Made by a program: the position numbers and the translations under genes
Notes under the pieces: model-generated
Database searches by the model: none
Told to the model about the DNA's origin: nothing
What the model saw: only the letters and a program-made list of their open reading frames with translations
Source of the DNA: a virus
Lineage: Duplodnaviria > Caudoviricetes
Direction: 5' to 3' (one strand)
IMG/VR virus record: IMGVR_UViG_3300038393_000863
Location: 1 to 48,226 of that record
DNA length: 48,226 nucleotides
Shown here: positions 25,796 through 34,139 of the stretch, in pieces
How positions within the stretch are numbered: the stretch's first letter is position 1
How the letters are laid out: the number at the start of each line of letters is the position of its first letter

Positions 25796-26115
25796 GCGGC
25801 GATCTCCTTACCGGCCGCGTCCATCAGGACGACACCCGGCTGGACACCGATGTAGCGCCGCTCGGTCACGCCGGGGCGGATTTCGACGTCCTCATACTTG
25901 GCTTCGCCTTGGACCTTCACCTGGACCTGGTCGAAGGTCTCGACCTTGGTGCCGGCGAAGGGCTGACGGACGACGTCAGTGTTCGTCTCGATCTTCGTCT
26001 CAGCGTTCACGATGGCGGGCGCGGCAGGCGCTTCGGCCGGGGTGACCTCAGGGGCCACCGCAGGGTTCTCAGCCGGGGTGACCTCAGGGGTCTCCGGCTG
26101 GGCGTTCTTAGGCAA
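25792..26115 (-). CDS. Hypothetical Pro/Glu-rich protein between portal and scaffold
   Basis: ORF track; PEVTPAE repeated; AAGGA SD. Confidence 0.7.
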   Translation of the reverse strand: MPKNAQPETPEVTPAENPAVAPEVTPAEAPAAPAIVNAETKIETNTDVVRQPFAGTKVETFDQVQVKVQGEAKYEDVEIRPGVTERRYIGVQPGVVLMDAAGKEIAA

Positions 26116-26124
26116 TCTGGTTCC

Positions 26125-27627
26125 TTATGACTGAGGCTTCGGCAGGAGAGACTCCGCTGCCGCCTTAGCGACTTGCGGAGTGGCCGCCTGAGCGGCTTGA
26201 GCCATGCCGGCCTGCTGGGTCTCTTGAGCTTGCTGCTCGCGAGATTTGACGAGGTCGTTCAGTCCGTCGATGCCATCACCCAACCTGCGGGCCAGCTCGT
26301 CGCTGTTGACCACAGTGGGGAAGGCCGCCCCGTAGAACGAGAACAGGTCTTGAGCCCAGGCGCGGATGCGGTTCACCGCAGCTCCGCGGCCCAGAGCGTC
26401 GAAGCCCGTGACGACCTGAGGGACGATGGTCTTGGGGAGCCGGGGGATGTCCCCCGCGCGCTCCGCCAGGTAGAGGAAGCGGTTCACCAGCCGGAGCTGG
26501 AGCTCCCCCGAGAGGACCGTGTAGGTGCCCCCGAGGACGGTCTCCAGCTCTTGGGCGACCATCTGGACTTCCTCCGCGGTGACCCGCTCGGCGTTCCGGA
26601 TGGTGCCCGCGCGGATCAGGAAGGCGTTGTTGACGCGCTCCTCGATGCGCTGGGCGAGCTGGTAGATCGTGGCCCAGTCCTGAGACTTCTCAAGCTGGAG
26701 AGTTCCGACCTTCTCCTTGTCCCCGTTCAGGTACGATCCGGTGTCGGCTTCTGCCAGCTCATCCACGTCCACCTGACTGTTCGGGTGGACCATGAAGATG
26801 ATGCGGGAGGCAACCGTGGCGAACTGCACCATGGCCTTCGACAGGTCCTCCAGCGAGTAGAGGTCGCCGATGACTTCGGTGACGTGGGCGCGGCCGTAAT
26901 CGGAGCCGGGGATCGCCAGCCACCGCAGGGGGAGCCAGCCGGATTTATCGGCGGGGGCACCCCCTGCGGAACCGGGGACGACCTTGCCGTTGATCTCCTG
27001 CTGCTGCTGCACCTGGCCGTTCGTGCGGGTGATCCGCGTGAAGACCTCGATGGGCTGCTCCTGGCCGTCCTTGGGCTCGGGGAGCTCAACGGCGGCACGG
27101 ACCTCGGCCGACAGGGACGAGGGCAGGACTTGCTCCCGGACTACGATCTCGATGAACTGGCCCGCGCCATCCCGCTTGACCACGTACTGGTCGAGCCGAA
27201 AGAGACGGGCGGGTTTACCCTCGGGGACGTGGAGGAGAACGTTGCCGGCCACGATGAGGTGCCGGAGCACCTCCATCAGGATCGGGCGGACGTCCGACAT
27301 CATCAGGAGGGTCTTCAGCGAGATGCGGGCGAGCTTCTCGTTCGCTTCGCCGAGCTGTTGCCCGAGGGCCTCAGCGGTGTCCTGGTCGATGGAGAGACGG
27401 AAGAAGGGGACGTTCGGGGGGAAAAGGGCCAGAAGGAGGTAGCTGGCGAGAGCCGCCACGCCACGAGCACCGACCGATTGGTACGGCTGCTGGAACACCG
27501 AATGTTCGTTCTGGCCTTCGTCGGGAATGATACCCGGTATCGTGAGGCGGGCAGCCTCACGCGCCCGCTCAAGGACCGTGATCCGAGCGGCGGAGAGCGC
27601 GTCGAAACGCGCCTTTGCGGACGGCAT
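26125..27627 (-). CDS. Portal/head-tail connector (gp8-like)
   Basis: PYQSVGARGV..LAS.L.LALFPPN.PFF, DYGR, RNAERVTAEEV...ELETVLGG.Y. Confidence 0.96.
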   Translation of the reverse strand: MPSAKARFDALSAARITVLERAREAARLTIPGIIPDEGQNEHSVFQQPYQSVGARGVAALASYLLLALFPPNVPFFRLSIDQDTAEALGQQLGEANEKLARISLKTLLMMSDVRPILMEVLRHLIVAGNVLLHVPEGKPARLFRLDQYVVKRDGAGQFIEIVVREQVLPSSLSAEVRAAVELPEPKDGQEQPIEVFTRITRTNGQVQQQQEINGKVVPGSAGGAPADKSGWLPLRWLAIPGSDYGRAHVTEVIGDLYSLEDLSKAMVQFATVASRIIFMVHPNSQVDVDELAEADTGSYLNGDKEKVGTLQLEKSQDWATIYQLAQRIEERVNNAFLIRAGTIRNAERVTAEEVQMVAQELETVLGGTYTVLSGELQLRLVNRFLYLAERAGDIPRLPKTIVPQVVTGFDALGRGAAVNRIRAWAQDLFSFYGAAFPTVVNSDELARRLGDGIDGLNDLVKSREQQAQETQQAGMAQAAQAATPQVAKAAAESLLPKPQS

Positions 27628-27821
27628 CAGCCAGTGGGCCTAGTGACCGTCAGGGGAGAGGTAACCGGAGAGGTCCGGTCGATGCGGAGGGTGCCAACCC
27701 CCTGCCGCTGGGCGGCAATGAGGGGGTTGATCCCATCCAGGTATGGATTGCGCAGGACCGGTGGGTCCTTCTGCGAAGCCGCGGTCTGTTGGACGACTTG
27801 CGGCTGCTTAATCGAACACAC
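27627..27821 (-). CDS. Small virion assembly protein (gp7.3-like position)
   Basis: MC start, RQGVGTLRID motif, immediately before the portal. Confidence 0.65.
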   Translation of the reverse strand: MCSIKQPQVVQQTAASQKDPPVLRNPYLDGINPLIAAQRQGVGTLRIDRTSPVTSPLTVTRPTG

Positions 27822-28014
27822 TGTCGGGGAGGTCCTTGGCGCTTGTCGCGATATCGAACTCGCGGCGCATCCGGCGGACCACGCTCCGTTGGCCGGAGAC
27901 GAACCGGAGTTCGTCAGGCGGGATGGTGTGGTCGAGCTGGGGCTCAGGGTAGCTCTTTTCCATGTACTCGATGAGCTCCTGAGCGGTGCGCGGGAAAAAC
28001 TTGCGTGAAGCCAA
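27808..28014 (-). CDS. Small hypothetical protein, first of the late cluster (likely TTG start 28014)
   Basis: ELIEYMEKSYP...SGQRSVVRRM pattern seen before portal genes; CAGGA upstream. Confidence 0.6.
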   Translation of the reverse strand: MASRKFFPRTAQELIEYMEKSYPEPQLDHTIPPDELRFVSGQRSVVRRMRREFDIATSAKDLPDSVFD

Positions 28015-28028
28015 GGCAGGGTCCTGTG

Positions 28029-28064
28029 AAAAAGGGGCCTCCCGCGTACGCGCGAGAAGCCCCT
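28029..28064 (-). terminator. Intrinsic terminator between the replication and structural modules
   Basis: AGGGGCTTCTCGCG-CGTA-CGCGGGAGGCCCC-TTTTT. Confidence 0.8.
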
Positions 28065-28109
28065 GAGGTAGTTGGAGAGAACCAGTTTTCGTGTTGGGTC
28101 GCCCTGCGG

Positions 28110-28134
28110 GGCTCCAAGGGTCCAAAGAAATCAG
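28110..28134 (-). promoter_or_regulatory. Candidate phage-RNAP promoter (CTGATTTCTTTGGACCCTTGGAGCC)
   Basis: Near-identical to 42227-42252 and 39255-39276; all three lie at module boundaries. Confidence 0.6.
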
Positions 28135-28952
28135 ACCGCTGGAGGCCGCCACAGGATCGGACCCCCGTCCCAGTCCTCATGGCGCAGGATGCGCGCCAGG
28201 CGGGCTTGGGTCAGGGCATCGGCCGAGGTCTTGCCGGCCTTGCGGAACAGGGACACGACGATGTCCCACGGCCGGTGCATCTCGGTCTTGTACCAGCGCG
28301 TCTCCGTCTGCCCGATGCGGGGGCCAGACCGGAGGACGTGCGGGTAGTCGATGAGCCCCATCCGGCTATCCAGGTATTGGGCTGCGGTCTCAGGCCCGAC
28401 GCCCGGAGCTCCCGGATAGCCATCAACCGTGTCGCCCATAAGCGTCTGCATCAGATGCCACCGGTCGGCTGCCTCCGGGGTCACCTCCTGGACCTCGGGG
28501 TCTTCCCCGTAGGGCCGATAGAGGAGGCCCGGAATGGTCAGCATGTCCTTATCTTGGGACACGATGATCCGGTCGCCCTGGTGGGGCTCCGTCGACCTGA
28601 TCCCCATGACGTCGTCTGCTTCGAGGCGCGGGCGTAGGTCGGAGGGGTACTGCTCCCCGAGCCACGCCTTGAGCTCGTACAGGTGGATAGGTCGGTCGTC
28701 GTAGTTCCGGTTGGCCTTGTACGTCGGGTCGACGTCCTTGCGGAAACAGTGGAGGTCGTCGCTTAGGCAGATGACTAAGTCGTCCGCTTCGAGCTCCGCC
28801 ATCCATTTGTCGACTTGCTGGCGGATGGTCTTCTTCGCGAGGCCAACGTCGGTGGCGACGGAAGTGACCCCGTCGCCCCAGTCGTAGTTCCGTTGGTGCG
28901 CGACGGCGTCCCTGTAGGCGACGGCGTCAGCGTCGATGAGGAGGGTCCTCAA
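28131..28952 (-). CDS. 5'-3' exonuclease (T7 gp6-like)
   Basis: LLIDADAVAY, FRKDVDPTYKANR, LEADDVMGI, SQDKDM..IPG, QTLMGDTVDGYPG; TTG start overlapping the upstream TGA. Confidence 0.93.
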   Translation of the reverse strand: MRTLLIDADAVAYRDAVAHQRNYDWGDGVTSVATDVGLAKKTIRQQVDKWMAELEADDLVICLSDDLHCFRKDVDPTYKANRNYDDRPIHLYELKAWLGEQYPSDLRPRLEADDVMGIRSTEPHQGDRIIVSQDKDMLTIPGLLYRPYGEDPEVQEVTPEAADRWHLMQTLMGDTVDGYPGAPGVGPETAAQYLDSRMGLIDYPHVLRSGPRIGQTETRWYKTEMHRPWDIVVSLFRKAGKTSADALTQARLARILRHEDWDGGPILWRPPAV

Positions 28953-29092
28953 AGCGGCCACCACCACGGCTTGCCGTCGTTCAGGTACTCGCGCCAGGTC
29001 CATCGATCATGGATTGTCGCCGCTGCCCCGAAGAGGCCAAAGACGGCTCCGACGATCCCGAAGCTCGCGGCAAGCACAACGAGGGGCCACAT
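28949..29092 (-). CDS. Small membrane protein (47 aa, MWPLVVLAASFGIVGAVFGLFG...)
   Basis: Manual translation; abuts the endolysin stop and overlaps the exonuclease start. Confidence 0.55.
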   Translation of the reverse strand: MWPLVVLAASFGIVGAVFGLFGAAATIHDRWTWREYLNDGKPWWWPL

Positions 29093-29671
29093 CTAGAGCC
29101 GTTGCCCCGTCAGGAACATGTGCTCGATGCGGTCAGCCCGCCCTTTCACCTGCCCGTGCCACTTGCTGGCCCTCAGGTGGGCTACTGTGTTAACCCAGTC
29201 TTTGGCTTGCATGAACCGCAGGGTGTTCGTGAAGGTCAGCAGGGTGGTGAGCCCCAGGTTGAAGCACATGTTCTTCAGCGCATCCTGGCGGACAGGGTCG
29301 AGAGTTCGCCACCAGGGAAGCTTGGCGTCGAGCCCTCGCTTCACCTCGGCGATGTCCAGCAGGCACACGTCATGGGCCTCGGCCGGTGTCATCCCGAGAG
29401 TGAGCCATTGCTGGATCACGGAGGGCGGAGTGCGGGTGTCGGCGTCGATGTTGTGGCCGATGCCGATGGTGCGCCGGGGAGGCTTGGCGGTGTCGTAGTA
29501 GGTCTTCAGCCGGAGGCCCTCATCGCGGATCAGGTCGGTGATCAGCAGGGAGTCCTCGTGGGAGCCCCCAGAAGGCGCAGGAGGGGCCTTTGGAGGAGGC
29601 TCCGCTACCCTAGTGGCCGGACGACCCAGATAGGCCTCAGCGAGGCTCATAAACGAGCTGAGGAGGCTCAC
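29093..29671 (-). CDS. Endolysin, T4-lysozyme-like muramidase (GH24-type)
   Basis: LIRDEGLRLKTYYDT...TIGIGHN, NMCFNLG, SKWHGQVKGRA; start GTG 29671 or ATG 29650. Confidence 0.9.
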   Translation of the reverse strand: MSLLSSFMSLAEAYLGRPATRVAEPPPKAPPAPSGGSHEDSLLITDLIRDEGLRLKTYYDTAKPPRRTIGIGHNIDADTRTPPSVIQQWLTLGMTPAEAHDVCLLDIAEVKRGLDAKLPWWRTLDPVRQDALKNMCFNLGLTTLLTFTNTLRFMQAKDWVNTVAHLRASKWHGQVKGRADRIEHMFLTGQRL

Positions 29672-29874
29672 GACGCGAGGAACTCCTCGGGGGTCCATCG
29701 ATATGTCGGTCGCCGGTCAGACAGGTAGGGGTTGTCTGGGAAGCGGAACACCTCAAGCTTGTATGTTCCCTGCTTAGCCAGCCATTCCTGCGCCTCCCAC
29801 TTCACCGTGAAGACGGCTTGAACGACGCCAGAACCTTCTTCCTGGATGACGTAGGTATTGGAGGCGCGGCTCAC
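29668..29874 (-). CDS. Hypothetical protein (68 aa)
   Basis: ORF track; coupled to both neighbours. Confidence 0.6.
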   Translation of the reverse strand: MSRASNTYVIQEEGSGVVQAVFTVKWEAQEWLAKQGTYKLEVFRFPDNPYLSDRRPTYRWTPEEFLAS

Positions 29875-30116
29875 TTACGGCACGCCTCGTTGGCCGTTTC
29901 GAGCTGGTCCTCGTAGCCCTGCCGCACCTTCCGGTCGGCCAGCAGGGTCTTCACCTTCGTGAAGATGTCGGCGTCAACCGAGAGGGTGTCGAAGGGGAAA
30001 CTCGGAGGTTCGACCTTCGCTGTCTGGCAGGGGACCAGGATGGTGCTCAGCCGGTGCGGGACAGTGTTGCAGCCGGCGAGCGCAAGGGCGCAGAGGCCCA
30101 GAAGTGCTAGTCTCAA
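29871..30116 (-). CDS. o-spanin (Rz1-like) lipoprotein
   Basis: Lipobox MRLALLGLCALALAG^C; Pro-rich; follows the i-spanin. Confidence 0.8.
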   Translation of the reverse strand: MRLALLGLCALALAGCNTVPHRLSTILVPCQTAKVEPPSFPFDTLSVDADIFTKVKTLLADRKVRQGYEDQLETANEACRK

Positions 30117-30487
30117 CGCTCCATGATCTCCTTGCGGATCAGCTCATCGGCTGACCGGCAGAGGTCCTTCGGGTTACCCGGCGGGGTTGCCAGGAGGGCG
30201 CGCGCTTGGGCGCTCTTGGAGTCCGCCCGCTTCTGGGCGGCGGCTCCGGCGACACGCGCATCCTCAGCACGGCGCTCGCTGTCGGCGACAAGCTGGGCCT
30301 GCTGCTGCTGGAGACCGCCGAGGGTTTGGTTCAGGCTGGTGTTGGCCCGCTGGAGGTGACTGACCTGGAGGTGCTCCAGGCCCCAGCCACCGAAGCCGAC
30401 CGCGGTGCTTGCGGCCAGGGCCACGAGCGCGATGGCTGATGCCTTCGAGTTGAGGATCAGCCACTTCGCGAGGCTAGTTAGAAACAG
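30113..30487 (-). CDS. i-spanin (Rz-like)
   Basis: N-terminal hydrophobic segment, coiled coil, C-terminal Cys; start uncertain (GTG 30424 or CTG 30487). Confidence 0.7.
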   Translation of the reverse strand: MFLTSLAKWLILNSKASAIALVALAASTAVGFGGWGLEHLQVSHLQRANTSLNQTLGGLQQQQAQLVADSERRAEDARVAGAAAQKRADSKSAQARALLATPPGNPKDLCRSADELIRKEIMER

Positions 30488-30740
30488 GAGGTTCGTCCTT
30501 TACCTTCTGGCCGATGCCGAAGCCGGCACCGCCCGCCATGGTCCCGAAGCCGCCACCGACTTCGAGGCCGTTGAAGTGCCGGTTCACGACGCAATCCCAG
30601 ATGGCGCAGAAGACGAAAGCCAGGCCGGCAAGGATTACGGTCACCCGGATGACATCGAACGACTCGCCGTCAGCGGTCGTAGAGATGTCCTTGAGGAAGC
30701 GCCCGATGGCGTTACGGATGGGCGCTGGGAGGGGGATCAT
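30474..30740 (-). CDS. Putative holin
   Basis: Two hydrophobic segments, charged C-terminus, first gene of the spanin/endolysin cluster; ATG overlaps the HNH2 stop. Confidence 0.6.
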   Translation of the reverse strand: MIPLPAPIRNAIGRFLKDISTTADGESFDVIRVTVILAGLAFVFCAIWDCVVNRHFNGLEVGGGFGTMAGGAGFGIGQKVKDEPPVSN

Positions 30741-31075
30741 GCGGGGTTCCTTCGCCACCGCTTGGGGCGGGGCGTCTTGAGCTCATAGAAGTCGACAAGC
30801 TGGCGCAGCTCATCGAGCGTCGCGTCTGACTTGATGCGGTTCGCCTTGAGGCTGACGACCACGATGTTGCCGGGCACATAGCCCTCGGCTGGTCGTATCT
30901 TGTCGAGTGAGGGCGAGGCGTCAGTCGCCCGTCCGCCGCCCTTCTCCAGCGGGATGCCGAAGACGGGGCAGACGTCCGGGATGACGATGTCTTCCTTGGT
31001 TATCGTGCAGGGGAAGCCCGCCTTCCTGGCACGCCAGCGAGCCCACTTGAGGAGCTCCGAGCGGGGGTCCCTCAG
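30737..31075 (-). CDS. HNH-like endonuclease 2 (missed by the ORF track)
   Basis: Manual translation: LRDPRSELLKWARWRARKAGFPCTITKEDIVIPDVCPVFGIPL...SPSLDKIRPAEGYVPGNIVVVSLKANRIKSDATLDELRQLVDF; clear paralogue of HNH1. Confidence 0.85.
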   Translation of the reverse strand: MRDPRSELLKWARWRARKAGFPCTITKEDIVIPDVCPVFGIPLEKGGGRATDASPSLDKIRPAEGYVPGNIVVVSLKANRIKSDATLDELRQLVDFYELKTPRPKRWRRNPA

Positions 31076-32994
31076 TGGGTCTGATCCCAGTTGTCGCCGA
31101 CGCTGTACGAGCCGGCCAGCGGGCAGCGGATACCAAGCTTCACGCCTACGTCCACGATAGTCTGGGAGGCGATACCGCCCAGCTCATGGGCGATGTCTTC
31201 GGCGGTCTCGTACTGGAGCTCGTCGTGGACCCAGAGGACTTGAGCGTACGCATCACCCCACCTCCAACCGCGGTTCCCGAAGTGGTGGAAGTTGTCGACC
31301 ATCCAGTGCTTAACGATGGCCGCTTCTCCGACCTGGAGCACGGAGCTCAAAGCGGTGTGGGCGGTCTTGATGATCGCGATGCGGTTGTCGAAGCCTCGGA
31401 ACCAGCCCTGCCGGGCCTTGTCCTGGACGACCTTCTGGAACTTCGCGAGGGCAGGGATGCTGGACTCGATGGCCTGCCGCGAGCGCTTGCCGATGCGGAC
31501 GAAGGCTTGGTCCCGCTTCGAGGGCGGGTTCTCACGGTTGAACCGCTCGACCTGTTCGTCCGTGAAGTCATCGAATAGGGTCTCGCCGAGCTTCCAGTCG
31601 CCGGCCCCGAGAATGTAGGCGTAGATGTAGGTCTTCGCCCGCTCCCGGTCGTTCATCTCCAGGATGCTCTTGTTGATGGAGTGGGCGTCGGTCCCCTTGG
31701 ACTTGTCGCCGTTCGCGACTGCCTCGGCGAACGCGCCGCCATCATAGCGGGCCAGGTAGTGACCTAGCACCCGGAGTTGAATACCCTCACCGTCCACACC
31801 CACGATCTTCCGACCGCGAGGCACACAGAACAGCTCTCGGCACTCGTGCCCGTAAGGCGACTTCGCCGCCGGCACCTGACCGAGGTTGGGACCGGAGTGG
31901 GCTCCGCGGTGGGTGATGGTCCCCATGGGGTTCACCCGGCCGTGAATGCGGCCGTCCTCTCGGACCTTCTTGAGCCACGCCTCCTTGCCCTCTGCGATCT
32001 GCCCCAGCCGCTTGTCGACGGTGAGGTACTCCACGATGAGCTTGGCCTCGGGGTAGTTGAGGCCGGTCAGCGTCGTTTCATCGACCTTCGGTTTGCCGCT
32101 GTCCGTGAACTCGACCGGCGACCAGCCGAACAGCTTGGTCATCCGGTTCGCGATCATGTCGCGGGAGCCGGGGTTGAACGTCTCCAGGTAGACCTTGGTG
32201 AACGGGACGTCGGCCATGTAGCCGCGCTTCTTGTCGTCACGCTTGGGGGTGAAGACGAGAGCCGCGCCGTTCTTCCGCTCGGGTTCCCACCAGGGCAGGA
32301 AGGTAGCCCGAAGCTGGTCCTCCAGCTCGGCCCGGCGGGCGATGAGCTTGGAGACGAGCGCCTCGGCCTTGGCGGTGTCGAACAGGACGCCGTAGCGCTC
32401 CTGCATCGTGACGATGCGGAAGACCTCGGTCTCCAGGTCCAGGACGTCGCGGGGGTATTCCTTGCTGTCGATCTTGTCGAACAGCGCCAGGTTCACCTCC
32501 GGGTCCTGAACGGCGTATTCGTCCATGACCGGCGTGAAGGCGTCCCAAGGGCCTTCGAACTCGCCCTTCAGGACACCCAGCCGGTAGCCCCAGGCCCCCA
32601 GCTTGTGGAGCCCGGTGTAGCCCTTCTTGATGAACTCCGGTGGACGGAGGCGGCGCTTGATGGCCCGGAGGTCTATGTCCTTGATGTCGGACCAGACGAC
32701 GCGGGCTTCCGCGAAGGAGTCGCGGACCTTCCCCCGCGGCTGGAACCACGGGTAGAGCTTTTGGAAGGCGGGGATGTCGAAGGGGATGACGTTGTGGCCG
32801 CCGATCTCCTCGGCGTCCTGTAGCAGGCGGAGCCCATCTTCGATGGAGCCGTCGCGCGGAGCCGGCGAACCGTCCGCGTAAGCGCCCTCGTTGAACCGCA
32901 GGCGTTGGCCCGTGGCTCTGTCGATGACGTTGATACAGTGGACGACCGTCAGCTCATCGAGGAGACCATCGGTCTCCGCGTCGAATATGAGCAT
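31072..32994 (-). CDS. DNA polymerase family A with 3'-5' exonuclease (T7 gp5-like)
   Basis: FDAETDGLL, GHNVIPFDIP, FNPGSRD, GRIHGRVN, PNLGQVP, VHDELQ. Confidence 0.97.
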   Translation of the reverse strand: MLIFDAETDGLLDELTVVHCINVIDRATGQRLRFNEGAYADGSPAPRDGSIEDGLRLLQDAEEIGGHNVIPFDIPAFQKLYPWFQPRGKVRDSFAEARVVWSDIKDIDLRAIKRRLRPPEFIKKGYTGLHKLGAWGYRLGVLKGEFEGPWDAFTPVMDEYAVQDPEVNLALFDKIDSKEYPRDVLDLETEVFRIVTMQERYGVLFDTAKAEALVSKLIARRAELEDQLRATFLPWWEPERKNGAALVFTPKRDDKKRGYMADVPFTKVYLETFNPGSRDMIANRMTKLFGWSPVEFTDSGKPKVDETTLTGLNYPEAKLIVEYLTVDKRLGQIAEGKEAWLKKVREDGRIHGRVNPMGTITHRGAHSGPNLGQVPAAKSPYGHECRELFCVPRGRKIVGVDGEGIQLRVLGHYLARYDGGAFAEAVANGDKSKGTDAHSINKSILEMNDRERAKTYIYAYILGAGDWKLGETLFDDFTDEQVERFNRENPPSKRDQAFVRIGKRSRQAIESSIPALAKFQKVVQDKARQGWFRGFDNRIAIIKTAHTALSSVLQVGEAAIVKHWMVDNFHHFGNRGWRWGDAYAQVLWVHDELQYETAEDIAHELGGIASQTIVDVGVKLGIRCPLAGSYSVGDNWDQTH

Positions 32995-33006
32995 CGAGCC
33001 TCTTGG

Positions 33007-33579
33007 TTAGCGAAGGCCGGCGGCCTCCAGGATTGTCCGTTGGAAGTCCCGGAGGTTGTCCTTCCGGTTCAACACGACGCCGTCCGCGTGGGAGACGATG
33101 GTGGCGAGCTCGGTCTCGCTGGCGTGCTGAGCTTCCTTCTCCCCGAGGGGGCCGACGTGCGGCGTCACGATGGAGATGATCCGGGCATCGGTCTCGCGGC
33201 GGAGGAAGAACGCCTCGTTGAGGAAGCGAACGTCATCGACCACGATGCCTCGGGTGCCGGCCCACGTCTCGTTACGGGCGTCGTTCAACCAGATGCGGAG
33301 CCAGAACTCCGGGTCCAGAGCGCGGCCCCATTCGGTGCCGAGCGTTTGAAGGAGCCGCCGCGCGGTGATGCCGCCGAGGCGGGGGATGGGGCACTCTTTC
33401 AAGTGGCCGTCCGTGTGCTCCTCGGTCAGCCCGAGGCCAGCCCGCAGCATGTGCTTGATGGGACCGGCGAGCGGCAGGCGCTTGAACCGCTGGTCCCTTA
33501 GGATCGCAGCAGCGGCGGTCGACTTACCCGATCCGGCTGGCCCCGAAATCCCGATGACCGGGATACCGAAGTCGCTCAA
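33007..33579 (-). CDS. Deoxynucleoside monophosphate kinase
   Basis: IGISGPAGSGKST, RRLLQTLGTEWGR, VVDDVRFLNE, HASE. Confidence 0.9.
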   Translation of the reverse strand: MSDFGIPVIGISGPAGSGKSTAAAAILRDQRFKRLPLAGPIKHMLRAGLGLTEEHTDGHLKECPIPRLGGITARRLLQTLGTEWGRALDPEFWLRIWLNDARNETWAGTRGIVVDDVRFLNEAFFLRRETDARIISIVTPHVGPLGEKEAQHASETELATIVSHADGVVLNRKDNLRDFQRTILEAAGLR

Positions 33580-34139
33580 CGGACCACCTGATTGACCACC
33601 CGCCGGTACACCGCCGAGGCAGCCTTGGGTTCACCGTTGGCGTACCAGCGTTGGCCCTCCGGGACGAACTCGTGGAAGACCTTGGCGATCTTCGCATCGA
33701 GGTCCTTGGCCTCCACCTCCGTCTGCCGGCGGCCGTAGTTCTGGTACGGCTTCACCCGCGTCAGGAGGACGTCGGTGTTGTCGAAGTGCTCGTGGGTCTC
33801 GCGCAGCAGCTTGGCGAACGTCTCGGTTCTCCAGCGAGGGTTCGCGTAAACCAGCGCCATTGGCAGGGGACTGTCGTTGATGGCGTAGTCTACCTGGCCC
33901 TCAAGCCGGTTGAGACGGTCGTACTGGGCTGCGGTGCCGCAGATTTGGCATTCAAGCCGGCGGAAGTCGCCGTCGTAGGTGAAGTCCTTGTAGGCCTCGG
34001 TCACGAGCTCGACCCGGAGGTCGTCGGCCTTCATCTTGGCGAACAGCATGGCCGCCATGGATGACTTGCCGATCCCCGGCCCGCCCCAGAAGTTGATGAC
34101 CTTCAGGCGGGGCGGGGTGGTGATGATGCTAGAGGTCAG
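33576..34139 (-). CDS. P-loop AAA/NadR-type nucleotide kinase
   Basis: VINFWGGPGIGKSS, ELVTEAYKD, INDSPL, GRRQTEVEAKDLD; start uncertain (CTG 34139 has a GAGAG upstream). Confidence 0.8.
   Translation of the reverse strand: MTSSIITTPPRLKVINFWGGPGIGKSSMAAMLFAKMKADDLRVELVTEAYKDFTYDGDFRRLECQICGTAAQYDRLNRLEGQVDYAINDSPLPMALVYANPRWRTETFAKLLRETHEHFDNTDVLLTRVKPYQNYGRRQTEVEAKDLDAKIAKVFHEFVPEGQRWYANGEPKAASAVYRRVVNQVVR

Noticed and set aside
26173-28008. Long plus-strand ORFs (611 aa here; also 6045-7355, 12833-14047, 31777-32823, 34300-35835, 37515-38639)
   Set aside because: Antisense shadows of well-supported minus-strand genes in GC-rich DNA; no recognisable motifs
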